Positions 39,687 to 50,164 of a stretch of 64,000 nt of DNA are shown here, one piece after another. The position numbers and the translations under genes were made by a program. This DNA is from an uncultured Gammaproteobacteria bacterium. GTDB taxonomy: Bacteria; Patescibacteriota; Patescibacteriia; UBA1558; UBA10009. The notes under the pieces are model-generated. The model was given only the letters and a program-made list of their open reading frames with translations. It did not search any database and was not told the origin of the DNA. Each line of letters starts with the position of its first letter. Position 1 is the first letter of the stretch. The stretch lies in the NCBI GenBank assembly GCA_964588165.1, contig CAZPMS010000003.1, positions 10,031 through 74,030 on the forward strand, in the 5' to 3' direction.

Positions 39687-40724
39687 TCAGGCTTTTTTCA
39701 ATGGCAGCTTAAATTTGCACTTAACACACTTGCCATTTTCATCATGTAAAGTTATTTGATAGCCTAATCTCTTTATTACCAGCTCATTGCATTTAGGGCA
39801 AAAACTATTTTCCCTCTTATCACCATAAACATTCCCCACATAAATATAATTTAATCCCGCTTGCTTGCCAATTTGATAAACCTGATCAATTAGCTTATCA
39901 GAAGTTTCTTGGCCATCGTGCAATTTGTAAGAAATTTCCGGAGAGAATTTAGAAATATGCCAAGGTACATCATTAGATAGTTTCCGGCTGATAAATTCAG
40001 CAATCATTTTCGGCTGGCCATTAATATCAGTTAATCCGGGAATTAGCAAAGTAGTTACCTCCAGTAATACATTTTGCCGGCTTAAATATTTCAAATTTTC
40101 CAAAATCGGTTCCAGTTTACAGCCACAATTTTTTAAATATATTATATTATCAAAAAATTTCAAATCAATATTAATGGCATCAAGATAGGGGAGAATAGCT
40201 TTAAAAGCAATCTGGCTCATGTAGCCATTAGAAACCCATACATTAAACAAACCTTCTTGTTTTGCCAGCTTCATGCAATTTAGGGCAAAGTCGGTAAAAA
40301 TTGTCGGCTCGGTGTAAGTGTATGAGATCGACTGACATCCAAAATCAACTGCTCTTTTAACAACTTCTTCAGCTGTCACTTTATAGCCAGGCAAGCTTGT
40401 CCCCCTTCCCTTATCCCTTGTCCCTAACTTAGATCCTTGGCTTATTTGCCAATTCTGGCAGTTGTCACATCTTAAGTTACAGCCGATAGTGGCAATGGAA
40501 TAAGTTTTGCTGCCGGGTAAAAAATGGAAAATCGGCTTTTTCTCAATTGGATCCACCTCCTCAGTGATCAGACGGCCATAATTCAAACTCATTAGTTTAC
40601 CGTTAATATTTTGCCTAACTCCGCAAATACCTAAATCACCGTCACCTAACAGGCAATAATGATTGCATAAAAGGCATTTAACTTGCCGGGTGCCTTTTTT
40701 TTCATAAAATTGGGATTCTATCAT
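39687..40724 (-). CDS. AmmeMemoRadiSam system radical SAM enzyme
   Basis: CLLCNHYC, DPIEKKP, GCNLRCDNCQNW and YTYTEP motifs. Confidence 0.92.
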   Translation of the reverse strand: MIESQFYEKKGTRQVKCLLCNHYCLLGDGDLGICGVRQNINGKLMSLNYGRLITEEVDPIEKKPIFHFLPGSKTYSIATIGCNLRCDNCQNWQISQGSKLGTRDKGRGTSLPGYKVTAEEVVKRAVDFGCQSISYTYTEPTIFTDFALNCMKLAKQEGLFNVWVSNGYMSQIAFKAILPYLDAINIDLKFFDNIIYLKNCGCKLEPILENLKYLSRQNVLLEVTTLLIPGLTDINGQPKMIAEFISRKLSNDVPWHISKFSPEISYKLHDGQETSDKLIDQVYQIGKQAGLNYIYVGNVYGDKRENSFCPKCNELVIKRLGYQITLHDENGKCVKCKFKLPLKKA

Positions 40725-40795
40725 AAATTAATTATAGCAAAATTAAAACCGTCGAGCGAAAGCCCAACGGTTAGGTGAGAAAAAGAGCCAAAAAA

Positions 40796-40936
40796 TTAAC
40801 ATTCATTTTGTCTTTTACCTCCAAAAATCCATCCGATATACGCTAAACAACCCAGAGTTATTAGGCTATAAAAAACAAAATAACCTCCAGCGTTGCCTGC
40901 TAAACCTGCTCTAGCGATAAATTCTTCCCAAATCAT
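40796..40936 (-). CDS. 46-aa single-TM peptide (cassette; not in ORF track)
   Basis: GGAGG SD; MIWEEFIARAGLAGNAGGYFVFYSLITLGCLAYIGWIFGGKRQNEC*; TTGACA at 41003-40998. Confidence 0.5.
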   Translation of the reverse strand: MIWEEFIARAGLAGNAGGYFVFYSLITLGCLAYIGWIFGGKRQNEC

Positions 40937-41038
40937 GGCATCCTCCAGTAAAAACAAGTTTGGCAACTAACTTAAACTTAAATAATATTTTTAATTATGT
41001 CAATTGAATATTAACCTTTAAAATGTTAAAATAAGCCC

Positions 41039-41587
41039 ATGAAAAGAGTATTTTTAGGTATTGATTTACCGGAAAAATTAAAAGAAAAAATTCAAAAATT
41101 AAAAATGGAAAGCGGGCTTAAAGCTTTGCCAATTAAACTGGTAGAGCCCGAAAACAGCCATATTGCCATTAAATTTTTAGATGAGCTTTCTGATGTGCAA
41201 ATTGAACAACTGGATAACATAGTAAACCAAACAATTGCCGGGTTTAAAAGCTTTGAAATTAAAATTGAAAATGTCTTGGCTTTCCCTAATTTCTTCCAGC
41301 CGCGGGTGTTGTCTTTAAAAATAAATAGCATCAACTTAGAAGGCTTGGTAAAAAAACTTTCCAGTAATTTTAGCCAGCTGGATTTTATTTCTGATGAGGA
41401 AAAAAAATACACTCCCCACATTACTTTAGGCAGGATCAAAGATAAGCTTTCTAAAATTGATTCGGAAAAAATTGCAAAAATTATTTTTGAAGATGAAGTT
41501 ATTATTAATGAAATTCATTTATTTGCCAGCCAGCTAACTGCCGAAGGTCCTATTTACACTATTTTAAAAACTTACAACCTTAGATAA
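41039..41587 (+). CDS. thpR: RNA 2',3'-cyclic phosphodiesterase (2H family)
   Basis: RVFLGI, HIAIKF, PHITLGR and GPIY motifs. Confidence 0.88.
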   Translation: MKRVFLGIDLPEKLKEKIQKLKMESGLKALPIKLVEPENSHIAIKFLDELSDVQIEQLDNIVNQTIAGFKSFEIKIENVLAFPNFFQPRVLSLKINSINLEGLVKKLSSNFSQLDFISDEEKKYTPHITLGRIKDKLSKIDSEKIAKIIFEDEVIINEIHLFASQLTAEGPIYTILKTYNLR

Positions 41588-41589
41588 CC

Positions 41590-42471
41590 ATGAAAGTAGA
41601 TATTCTAGGAACTCAAATTGATTCTCTTACTCAAGCCCAGGCTCTTGATAAAATCGACTTATTTCTTAATCATCAGCCATTAGCCATCCGGCCTCAACGG
41701 CAGGCAGGTAGTCATCAAATAATCACTGCAAATCCGGAAATTATTTTAGAAGCCTGGGCTAACAAAAAATACCGGGAGCTAATCAATAAAGCAAATTTAG
41801 TTTTGGCTGACGGCATTGGCGTATTATGGGCTGCTAAATTTTTATCTTTAAAATCTGATTCAATTTTTACAACTGTAGCCCAGCTGATTGTGAGCTTATT
41901 CAGTTTAGTTTTCCAACCGGATTATTGCAGGGAAGTTTTGCCCCAAAGAATCGCCGGCGTGGATATAATGGAAAAAATTTGTGAACAAGCTTCTAAACAA
42001 AATAAAAAAGTTTATTTACTGGGAGCAGAGGAGGGGGTGGCTAAAAAAACTGCCGATATTTTAAAAAAGAAATATTTAAATTTGAACATAGTCGGTTCAG
42101 AACCTGGACCAATTTTACAAACTACAACCTACCCACTACAACCTACAAATAACATCCAAGAAACAATAAATAAAATAAAAGATGTTCAACCCGATATATT
42201 GTTTGTAGCTTTTGGCGCCCCTAAACAAGACTTTTTTATAAACCAGTATCTTAATCAAATACCTTCGGTTAAAGTAGCCATAGGGGTGGGGGGCGCCTTT
42301 GACTTTATTTCCGGCAAAGCCAAGCGGGCTCCGCAAGTTTACCGTGATCTGGGCTTAGAATGGCTGCACCGGTTTTTTCATGAACCAAAAAGAGCCGTTA
42401 GAATTTTTAACGCCACTATTAAATTTATTTATAAAATAGTAATATTAAAAAATTATGGACAAAAAAATTGA
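41590..42471 (+). CDS. WecB/TagA/CpsF glycosyltransferase
   Basis: TANPE, ADGIG, RIAGVD, GAPKQ, GVGGAFD and GLEWL motifs. Confidence 0.92.
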   Translation: MKVDILGTQIDSLTQAQALDKIDLFLNHQPLAIRPQRQAGSHQIITANPEIILEAWANKKYRELINKANLVLADGIGVLWAAKFLSLKSDSIFTTVAQLIVSLFSLVFQPDYCREVLPQRIAGVDIMEKICEQASKQNKKVYLLGAEEGVAKKTADILKKKYLNLNIVGSEPGPILQTTTYPLQPTNNIQETINKIKDVQPDILFVAFGAPKQDFFINQYLNQIPSVKVAIGVGGAFDFISGKAKRAPQVYRDLGLEWLHRFFHEPKRAVRIFNATIKFIYKIVILKNYGQKN

Positions 42472-42649
42472 TTGGAAACTTACTTTAGGAATTTTAGGCT
42501 GGTTTTTAATTGTCTTGGTCTGGATTTGGCAAACCCAAAGGTATTTTGAAAAAGATGACTTAGTTGGTGGAATTCTGCACATTCTAGTCGCCTTAACTTG
42601 GACTATTTTTGGTTTTGTTAGTACTAAAAAATATTTAAACAGTAAATAA
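42455..42649 (+). CDS. Small two-TM protein
   Basis: Two hydrophobic helices; overlaps the upstream gene end. Confidence 0.55.
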   Translation: MDKKIDWKLTLGILGWFLIVLVWIWQTQRYFEKDDLVGGILHILVALTWTIFGFVSTKKYLNSK

Positions 42650-42703
42650 ATTTAAATAAAAAAGCCCAGATTTTTAATCTGGACTAATTGATTCCTTACA
42701 CGA

Positions 42704-42925
42704 TTAACTTTCTTGGACTGAAATAAATGTGCCGCTGGCTTCACAAAAAGAAGCTTCATGTCTATGAGATCGCAACATTTCTTCCCTTGGAATTTCACCG
42801 TCTTCAACCAAAAAATTCCTATCGCATATAAAGCATTTAATAAACTGTAGCCTAGGGCCGTTCCGAGTTTGAATTCTGATTCTAAAAAATGGCCACTTCG
42901 CGAAAGTAATCAATTGAAGTTTCAC
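42704..42925 (-). CDS. Small putative Zn-binding protein (cassette)
   Basis: GGAGGT SD before GTG at 42925; CFIC...H...C; TTGACT at 42992-42987. Confidence 0.5.
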   Translation of the reverse strand: MKLQLITFAKWPFFRIRIQTRNGPRLQFIKCFICDRNFLVEDGEIPREEMLRSHRHEASFCEASGTFISVQES

Positions 42926-43011
42926 AACACCCTCCAAGGTTTTTGGTACAATTTTATAAAAAAAATATATCACCTAATTAAAATTCAGTCAACATCTGCT
43001 ATAATAACTTT

Positions 43012-44457
43012 ATGACTAAAATTAAAACCAGATTTGCGCCTTCACCAACCGGTTACTTGCATATCGGCGGTTTAAGGACAGCTTTATATAATTACCTTTT
43101 TGCCAAACAAAATAAAGGCCAATTTGTTTTAAGAATAGAAGATACTGACCAGTCCAGGGAGGTAAAAGGAGCTACCCAAGATCTGATTCAAACCATGCAA
43201 AAAACCGGCCTAAATTGGGACGAAGGTCCATTTGTGAATAAAACCCTGAATATCACGGAAAAAGGCCAAAATAGCCCATATTTTCAGTCAAAAAGGCTTA
43301 AAATCTACCAAGAATATGCTGAGATGCTGGTTTCTGATAAAAAGGCTTATTATTGCTATTGCAGTCCGGAAAGATTGGTCAAGTTACGCAAGGATCAGGA
43401 GGCTAAAAAACTGGCTCCCAAATATGATGGCTGTTGCCGAGATAAAAATCAAAAACCAAAATCTGGCGATAAATATGTTATCAGGCTTAAAGTTCCTAAG
43501 GATGGGGAAGTAGTTTGTGATGATTTAATCAGGGGCAAAGTTAAAATTGACTACAGTGAAATTGACGACCAGGTTTTAATAAAATCTGACGGTTTTCCAA
43601 CTTACCATTTAGCTAATGTTATTGACGACCATTTAATGGGCATTACCCACGTTATCAGGGGAGAGGAATGGCTGCCTTCTACACCTAAGCATATTTTATT
43701 GTATGAAGCTTTTGGCTGGGACAAACCGATTTTTGCCCATCTGCCGCTTTTATTAAATAAAGATAAATCCAAACTTTCTAAACGCCAAGGTGATGTGGCA
43801 GTGGAAGATTATTTAACTAAAGGTTATCTGCCGGAGGCTTTGATAAATTATGTGGCCCTGCTTGGCTGGCATCCTAAAGATGATAGGGAATTATTTAGCT
43901 TAAAAGATTTGATAAAACATTTTTCTTTAAATAAAGTCCAAAAAGGTGGAGCCATTTTTGATACTGAAAAACTAAATTGGTTTAATTGCGAATATATTAA
44001 ACAAAAACCTGATAAAGAATTAATAAAATTGGTTAAAAAATTTCTACCTAATGCTGATGATAACTTTTTGGGAAAAATTATCAGAATTGAAAAACAACGT
44101 ATTAATTCTTTGTCAGAAATTTGTGAGAAAACCAGATACTTTTTTTCACAACCAAACTTTAACTCAAATATTCTAATATTTAAAAAATCAGATAAAGCCA
44201 AGACTTTAAATAGTTTAAAACTGGTTTTAGCTCAACTGACCAAGTTAAAAGAAGCCAAATGGAAAATAAAACATCTTCATAAAATTTTAGAAAAGATAGT
44301 AAAGCTTAACCAACTGACTAACGGCGATGTTTTTTGGCCTACAAGAGTAGCCGTTTCCGGATTGGAAAAGTCACCTTCACCGGAAGAAATCATAGAGGCC
44401 TTAGGCAAAGAAGAAAGCTTAACCAGAATAAAAAAAGCTATTGATAAACTGACATAG
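43012..44457 (+). CDS. gltX: Glutamate--tRNA ligase
   Basis: RFAPSPTGYLHIGG, RIEDTD and KLSKR motifs. Confidence 0.98.
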   Translation: MTKIKTRFAPSPTGYLHIGGLRTALYNYLFAKQNKGQFVLRIEDTDQSREVKGATQDLIQTMQKTGLNWDEGPFVNKTLNITEKGQNSPYFQSKRLKIYQEYAEMLVSDKKAYYCYCSPERLVKLRKDQEAKKLAPKYDGCCRDKNQKPKSGDKYVIRLKVPKDGEVVCDDLIRGKVKIDYSEIDDQVLIKSDGFPTYHLANVIDDHLMGITHVIRGEEWLPSTPKHILLYEAFGWDKPIFAHLPLLLNKDKSKLSKRQGDVAVEDYLTKGYLPEALINYVALLGWHPKDDRELFSLKDLIKHFSLNKVQKGGAIFDTEKLNWFNCEYIKQKPDKELIKLVKKFLPNADDNFLGKIIRIEKQRINSLSEICEKTRYFFSQPNFNSNILIFKKSDKAKTLNSLKLVLAQLTKLKEAKWKIKHLHKILEKIVKLNQLTNGDVFWPTRVAVSGLEKSPSPEEIIEALGKEESLTRIKKAIDKLT

Positions 44458-44491
44458 ATCACTTTTGTTCATTACATAAAGAAACAGGGGT

Positions 44492-44731
44492 TTGAAAGTG
44501 GAAAAGAAGAGCGAAAAAACTGCGACAGATAGTATTGATATTAATTGGACTTTGATTATAACTTTCGGTATCGCGATTATTATAGGTACACTGGTAGCAG
44601 TTTATTTTCCTGACTCTCATATTTCTACAAATAATCCAAATATTGAAATTACAGCGAGATGCCTATTTGGCTTCGTGGCATGTATTATTTCGGTGCCAAT
44701 AATTGGTGCCTTGGCCGGTGCCGTGAATTAA
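44492..44731 (+). CDS. Small two-TM hypothetical protein (cassette)
   Basis: Hydrophobic helices; followed by a terminator at 44747-44776. Confidence 0.55.
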   Translation: MKVEKKSEKTATDSIDINWTLIITFGIAIIIGTLVAVYFPDSHISTNNPNIEITARCLFGFVACIISVPIIGALAGAVN

Positions 44732-44746
44732 CCCCACTAATCCTTA

Positions 44747-44858
44747 ACTCCGTTTAATCATAACGACGGAGTTTTTATTTATATTGACAAAATTCTTAAT
44801 ATTTTATAGAATAAATTGATTTGTTCATCTGATTAACAGGAGGACCAAAGCCATGACA
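44747..44858 (+). repeat. Terminator + promoter + leader junction, copy 1
   Basis: actccg..ggagttttt, ttgacaaaa, ataaattgatttgttcatc.gattaacaggag..ccaaa.ccatgaca; second copy at 45084-45193. Confidence 0.85.
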
Positions 44859-45080
44859 AGCAATAACTACCCGTGCGTTGGTAAAGTTGTTGCTGAAACA
44901 GGTCTACACATTCAAAATCAACCAAAATCTAAAAGGCAAGGGCAGGCCACTAATCATCCAATGATTACTACTACAGAAAAGGAGAAAAAAAATCATGATT
45001 TTGGCTGTTTTTTAGTTTATCTGCTGCATGACCGCCCGGATCATTGGCCAGGACACCAACCTTCATTCAGTAAAAAATAA
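44853..45080 (+). CDS. Small hypothetical protein, possibly degraded
   Basis: AGGAGG SD and own promoter; low-information sequence. Confidence 0.4.
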   Translation: MTSNNYPCVGKVVAETGLHIQNQPKSKRQGQATNHPMITTTEKEKKNHDFGCFLVYLLHDRPDHWPGHQPSFSKK

Positions 45081-45083
45081 TAG

Positions 45084-45193
45084 ACTCCGGTTAGTATTAA
45101 TAACTGGAGTTTTTTATATTGACAAAAGCTTGCATATTTTATAGGATAAATTGATTTGTTCATCAGATTAACAGGAGCACCAAAACCATGACA
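45084..45193 (+). repeat. Terminator + promoter + leader junction, copy 2
   Basis: Aligns with 44747-44858. Confidence 0.85.
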
Positions 45194-45451
45194 TACTTAA
45201 AGAAGAGGTTAGTAGATAACTTTTCTACTTGGTTAGTGGCTGTACTGATATTATTGGGGGGAATATTATCAACAGTTTTTTTTCTCAATAGCTTTATACT
45301 GTTCCTAAAATATCCAACTTGGGCATCGGGCGCACCAGTATTTAGTTCTTTATGTGCAATGATATTATCCTCGGTAGTTTCTTTTGTATACGGAATAAAG
45401 AAAAGCTCGAGCGAACAAAGAAACAAACACAGACCGATGCCAACTTTCTAA
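45188..45451 (+). CDS. Small two-TM hypothetical protein (cassette)
   Basis: AGGAG SD; own promoter and terminator. Confidence 0.6.
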   Translation: MTYLKKRLVDNFSTWLVAVLILLGGILSTVFFLNSFILFLKYPTWASGAPVFSSLCAMILSSVVSFVYGIKKSSSEQRNKHRPMPTF

Positions 45452-45537
45452 CTACTTGGAATTTATTCCAAAAAGACCTTGTAACAATTTGAGGTCTTTT
45501 ATTATTCAAAAATGATTTATGGTATAATGTAGGGTAG

Positions 45538-46797
45538 ATGAGAAATAAATTTCAAAAAATTAGCCTAACAATTTTGGCTCTATTTATAGCAGTCAATTTT
45601 TTGTTACCCGCGTCACTATTGGCTCAAGACGGGCAGGGGAGTACTGATGAATTTGTCCAGCAGTTTGATCCGGAAATCCAAAGGTTAAAGGACGAAATCC
45701 AGGATTACCAAGACCAGCTGGATGAATTAACTAAACAACGCCAAGCTTACGAGCACAGCATTAATGCCAAACGGCAAGAAATAAATAACTTAAGGAACCA
45801 AGTTGGCATTTTAGAAGATAGCATGGCTAAATACGCCTTGGAAATTCAATCTACAGAATTACAGATAGAAAAAACCAATTTGGAAATAGAAAACACCCAG
45901 TTGGAAATAAACCATAAAGAGCAAGAAATTGTAAATCAGCGCCAAAAAATGTCCGACGTGATAAATACTATCAATAAAATGGATAGGAAGAAAAGTTATT
46001 TGGAAGTATTAATTTTAAAAGGTGATTTAGGCAGTTTTTTTAAGGAAGTAAATGAACTTCAGGTATTAGAAGAAAGCTTAAATGAAGATTTAAATATTTT
46101 AGCCGAACTAAAAAAACAGTTAGATACTAAAAAAAATATTTTTGAAAAAAGGCGTGATCAATTAAACAGCCTTAAAGATAAGCTGGAAGCCAATAATGAA
46201 CGCTTAGTAATAGATAGAAATGTTAAAAATCAAATTGTTGCACAAACATTGGGACAAGAGGCAAATTTTCAACAGCTTTTGGAAGAAGTGAAAGCCGAGC
46301 AATCCCAAATAAATGCTGATATCCAAAATTTAGAAATAGTAGCCCGAAAAAGGCTTTTAGAAACCGAGGGGGTTTTACCCAATGATGACGGTTTTATCTG
46401 GCCTATTCCTTCCAGAAGAGTCACAGCTTATTTTCATGATCCGGATTATCCTTACCGTTACATTTTTGAACACCCGGCCATTGATATAGGTAGTACGCCG
46501 CAAGGCACGCCCATTAGGGCAGCACGTTCCGGTTATGTAGCTAGAGTAAAATTTGATGGAAGTTCTAAGTATGGCTATATTTTAGTGGTTCATACAGATG
46601 GGCTTTCTACTGTTTATGGCCATATAAGTAAACCATATATAAATGAAGATGATTTCGTGGTCCAGGGCGAAGTAATAGCTTTATCCGGTGGCAGTCCAGG
46701 AACTTCAGGTGCTGGCAGTTTAACTACAGGTGCTCATTTACATTTCGAAGTAAGATTAAATGGTATTCCAGTTGACCCGTTAAACTATTTGCCTTAA
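45538..46797 (+). CDS. Coiled-coil M23 peptidase (EnvC/murein hydrolase-like)
   Basis: Signal peptide; long coiled coil; HPAID, YGH and HLHFEVR M23 motifs. Confidence 0.9.
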   Translation: MRNKFQKISLTILALFIAVNFLLPASLLAQDGQGSTDEFVQQFDPEIQRLKDEIQDYQDQLDELTKQRQAYEHSINAKRQEINNLRNQVGILEDSMAKYALEIQSTELQIEKTNLEIENTQLEINHKEQEIVNQRQKMSDVINTINKMDRKKSYLEVLILKGDLGSFFKEVNELQVLEESLNEDLNILAELKKQLDTKKNIFEKRRDQLNSLKDKLEANNERLVIDRNVKNQIVAQTLGQEANFQQLLEEVKAEQSQINADIQNLEIVARKRLLETEGVLPNDDGFIWPIPSRRVTAYFHDPDYPYRYIFEHPAIDIGSTPQGTPIRAARSGYVARVKFDGSSKYGYILVVHTDGLSTVYGHISKPYINEDDFVVQGEVIALSGGSPGTSGAGSLTTGAHLHFEVRLNGIPVDPLNYLP

Positions 46798-46872
46798 TAT
46801 TTTGCGACACTAAAAATATCAACCAAATAAAAAACAGGGGATTAAAAGCCCTATTTTTTAATTTTTATGATA

Positions 46873-47007
46873 CTAGTCGTCCAAGATATTCCAGAAGGCC
46901 AAGATGCCGATTATAAAAAATATATAAACCCAAACCGAAACATTATTTTGCATCAAAATAAATAAAACAACAATTGAAAATAGAAGTAATATTATTTTTT
47001 TACCCAT
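46873..47007 (-). CDS. 44-aa membrane peptide (not in ORF track)
   Basis: MGKKIILLLFSIVVLFILMQNNVSVWVYIFFIIGILAFWNILDD*. Confidence 0.4.
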   Translation of the reverse strand: MGKKIILLLFSIVVLFILMQNNVSVWVYIFFIIGILAFWNILDD

Positions 47008-47083
47008 TTATATATTATTTTAATTATTATTAATAACTACGGTAGGGAAAAGGGCTTTTTTAGTATATTTTAAGATAGTAGAT

Positions 47084-47111
47084 GTGTCGCACAATATATC
47101 TTATACGAACC
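47084..47111 (-). other. Best dif-like site; candidate chromosomal dif
   Basis: GGTTCGTATAA-GATATA-TTGTGCGACAC versus E. coli dif GGTGCGCATAA-TGTATA-TTATGTTAAAT; lies where gene orientation converges. Confidence 0.55.
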
Positions 47112-47131
47112 TATAATATAGGCTTTAGCCT

Positions 47132-47986
47132 TTACTTATATATAACCTGGTTTTCTACCCTTAAATTAATATAATTTACTTTGTTTAAATCTATCTTGCC
47201 TACCAATAAAGATTGTTTAAGTTTATTTATTTGGCTGCCAAAACTTGTAAGATAATTAACGTGGATTTCAAAACCTTGTTTTGTGACAATTTTTATATAA
47301 TTACTATCTGGGCTATCTACTTTAAAATAATCTAAATCAATAACCGGCAGCTCATAACTGGTAAAAGTTTGATAACTTTCCAAAATTAAGTCTACCAGCT
47401 GCTTATTTACCAATTGTTGGTTTATATCAAATAAAACATTGGATGAATCATATATAACCGGCACTTCTACATTTACCAGGTCCTTTATTGGAAGTTGTTT
47501 TTCTATAATCCCTTCTAAATTAAGTATATAAAATTGTTCGTTAGAAATCCAGATCATCTGGCCCAGCTTATCAGTTAAGTTAATATTTAAAGTATGCGGA
47601 AATTTCTTTTTTATTTCCAATTCAACCAACAAGCCTTGTTCATCAAATTTATCTTGGATTCTTTTGGTTTTAACAAAAAAATAGTTATCGCCAGGGAATA
47701 AACCAAGTCTTGACTGTTCCAAGGCCTGCCAAACGAAATTTTCCACTTCTTCTGTTGCCACTTCCGAATTTCTGGAAATGTTTAAATATAAAATCCTAAA
47801 ATATTTAGAATAAAAAAACAAGTATCCCAAGTAGGCCAAAATTAAAATAAATGCAATTACAAATACTTTTTTTCTTAGCCTAACCGCAGATTCAAAATCA
47901 AACTCATGAGTCCGCTTGCTGCGGTTTCTTAATAATTGGGAAGGCCTTCTTTTACCATAAGAAAGCCTGGAAAATTTATTAGACAT
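47132..47986 (-). CDS. ftsQ: Cell division protein FtsQ/DivIB-like
   Basis: Basic N-tail, single TM helix, POTRA-like KKKFPHTL, C-terminal YINLR; directly downstream of ddl. Confidence 0.75.
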   Translation of the reverse strand: MSNKFSRLSYGKRRPSQLLRNRSKRTHEFDFESAVRLRKKVFVIAFILILAYLGYLFFYSKYFRILYLNISRNSEVATEEVENFVWQALEQSRLGLFPGDNYFFVKTKRIQDKFDEQGLLVELEIKKKFPHTLNINLTDKLGQMIWISNEQFYILNLEGIIEKQLPIKDLVNVEVPVIYDSSNVLFDINQQLVNKQLVDLILESYQTFTSYELPVIDLDYFKVDSPDSNYIKIVTKQGFEIHVNYLTSFGSQINKLKQSLLVGKIDLNKVNYINLRVENQVIYK

Positions 47987-48998
47987 TTATATTTGAACCT
48001 AATTCAAACGTGGTTTTTAACCTATTTTTCTCCTGATGGCGTTCTACAGCTAAATTTATTAATTCGTCCAACAATTTTTCATACGGCAAACCAGAGGCCT
48101 CCCATAGTTTTGGATACATACTTATTTTTGTAAAACCGGGTATGGTATTAACCTCATTTATAAAAATTTTATCTTTATTAATTAAAAAATCTACTCTGGC
48201 CATACCGCATAAATCTAAAGCCTTAAATGCCTTTATAGACATTTCCTGAACGTTTTTAATTATTTTGGCAGAAAGTTCGGCTGGAATTACTAACTTGGTC
48301 TTATTATCTATATACTTATCATTATAACTGTAAAAATCATCATCTGGAATTATTTCACCAAGAACCGATGCTTTAGGCTCATCATTGCCTAAAACTGCAC
48401 ATTCAATTTCATTACAGTTTTCTATGGATTCTTCTATAATAATCCTTCTATCATATTTAACTGCTTCATTAATTGATTCAACAAGTTCTTTTTTATTATT
48501 AACCTTATTAATTCCCACAGATGAACCTAAATTGGCCGGTTTTACAAATATTGGATAGTTTAAACTTGATTCAATTTGATCTATAATTTCAGATTGATTT
48601 TTCTGCCAATCTTTTGACAAAAAATGCTCAAAATTTACATTATTTAAGCCAGCTGTCTCAAAAAGCTGTTTCGCAACTATTTTATCCATAGCCGCAGCCG
48701 AACCAATCACACCAGCGCCAACATAAGGCAGATTGGCCATTTCTAATAAACCTTGAATTTTTCCATCTTCGCCGTAAGTACCATGCAGGATAGGTAAAAT
48801 CACATCAAAACTCTGCTGGTTTGGATCTGCTGATATAATATTGTTGGACCATTTGCCGTCTTTGGTAATTGTTATTGGTACAGCATCATATTTATTTTTA
48901 TCTAAGGAGTTAATAACCGACTTACCTGAAACCAAAGAAACTTCGTATTCCCCACTCATACCTCCCATTATTACCCCTACCCTCTTTTTTGATGACAT
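47979..48998 (-). CDS. ddl: D-alanine--D-alanine ligase
   Basis: [29 protein letters not shown] and [10 protein letters not shown] motifs. Confidence 0.97.
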   Translation of the reverse strand: MSSKKRVGVIMGGMSGEYEVSLVSGKSVINSLDKNKYDAVPITITKDGKWSNNIISADPNQQSFDVILPILHGTYGEDGKIQGLLEMANLPYVGAGVIGSAAAMDKIVAKQLFETAGLNNVNFEHFLSKDWQKNQSEIIDQIESSLNYPIFVKPANLGSSVGINKVNNKKELVESINEAVKYDRRIIIEESIENCNEIECAVLGNDEPKASVLGEIIPDDDFYSYNDKYIDNKTKLVIPAELSAKIIKNVQEMSIKAFKALDLCGMARVDFLINKDKIFINEVNTIPGFTKISMYPKLWEASGLPYEKLLDELINLAVERHQEKNRLKTTFELGSNINV

Positions 48999-49019
48999 AG
49001 TTCTATGCGTCGTAAAATA

Positions 49020-49412
49020 TTAATCATTAATTATCAAATCTTTAATTTTACATTTTTTTATTTCTCCATCAACTTTAAGAATTATCCAGGTTTCTGCCCC
49101 ATAAAAATTTATTAACTCTTTACAAGTTTGGCAGGGCGTTATAATAGTTGGTTTTTTCACGTCCCTCATTTGGATTGAAACTATTGTATCAAATTCTTTT
49201 TCTCCATTTGATGCTGCCATTCCTATTGCTACATGCTCTGCACAAACATCAACATTTTGAGATTCAAGGTGAACTCCGGCATAAGTTTGCCCAGATTTTG
49301 CCCTAACAGCAGCGCCAACATGATGCTTGCCTAATAAAAAATTATTCTGGATAACTTTTGTAGCCACATCAATCAACTCTTGATCTTCTTCTGTGATATT
49401 AATAAATTTCAT
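49020..49412 (-). CDS. Cytidine deaminase family protein
   Basis: VGAAV, CAEHVA and PCQTC motifs. Confidence 0.85.
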   Translation of the reverse strand: MKFINITEEDQELIDVATKVIQNNFLLGKHHVGAAVRAKSGQTYAGVHLESQNVDVCAEHVAIGMAASNGEKEFDTIVSIQMRDVKKPTIITPCQTCKELINFYGAETWIILKVDGEIKKCKIKDLIIND

Positions 49413-49430
49413 TTTTTATAGCACCAATTT

Positions 49431-50162
49431 CTATTTAATTAATAAAGTTAAGGCACTTATAATTATTACAATAATAAAAGCTCTTTTTATCCAAACATTC
49501 CCTAGCTTAATTCCTAATATAGCACCTACCCAGGCACCCAGTCCAGTAGCCACAAACATAGTTGCAGCTACCTGCCAATCAACTAATCCAGCAAATATCA
49601 ATATTACAACCGAAACTAATCCTACTGATAATGCTGCTATTTTCCTAGTTGCTGCAGATTGTAAAAATGTTAGACCTAAAAAAATATACAAATATGTAAA
49701 CCATAAACCGGTTAAAGCAAAGAGGCCTCCTAAAAAACCAGCTACTATCGCTAAAAACCAACCTATTATAAATCTAATTTTAGTGATTTTTATCTCTTTA
49801 ATTCCGATTTTAGATTTATAAAATATTAAAATCAATGAAATAATAATTACTAGGCCGATTAGCTTCTCAAATAATTCCTGATTTATCTCAATGACTATAT
49901 AAGTCCCGAGTATTGTTCCAATTAATGTTGGTATAAGAAGTAAAACCCCTAGCTTCCATTTTACTAAGTTAAACTGATTGAATTTTATTAATGAAAAATT
50001 ATGAGAGAGCGCTCCAAATCTATTTGTGGCAATTGCTTCGGACGGTGACAGACCAAAAAATATTAGTAATGGCAATAGTATCATTCCTCCGCCACCAACA
50101 GTAACACTTATAATTCTCACAAGAAAAGTTATAACAAATATTATTGATAACTCCAAAAACAT
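49431..50162 (-). CDS. TauE/SafE sulfite-exporter family membrane protein
   Basis: GGGG.I.LP.L...GL....AIATN; multiple TM helices. Confidence 0.85.
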   Translation of the reverse strand: MFLELSIIFVITFLVRIISVTVGGGGMILLPLLIFFGLSPSEAIATNRFGALSHNFSLIKFNQFNLVKWKLGVLLLIPTLIGTILGTYIVIEINQELFEKLIGLVIIISLILIFYKSKIGIKEIKITKIRFIIGWFLAIVAGFLGGLFALTGLWFTYLYIFLGLTFLQSAATRKIAALSVGLVSVVILIFAGLVDWQVAATMFVATGLGAWVGAILGIKLGNVWIKRAFIIVIIISALTLLIK

Positions 50163-50164
50163 AA

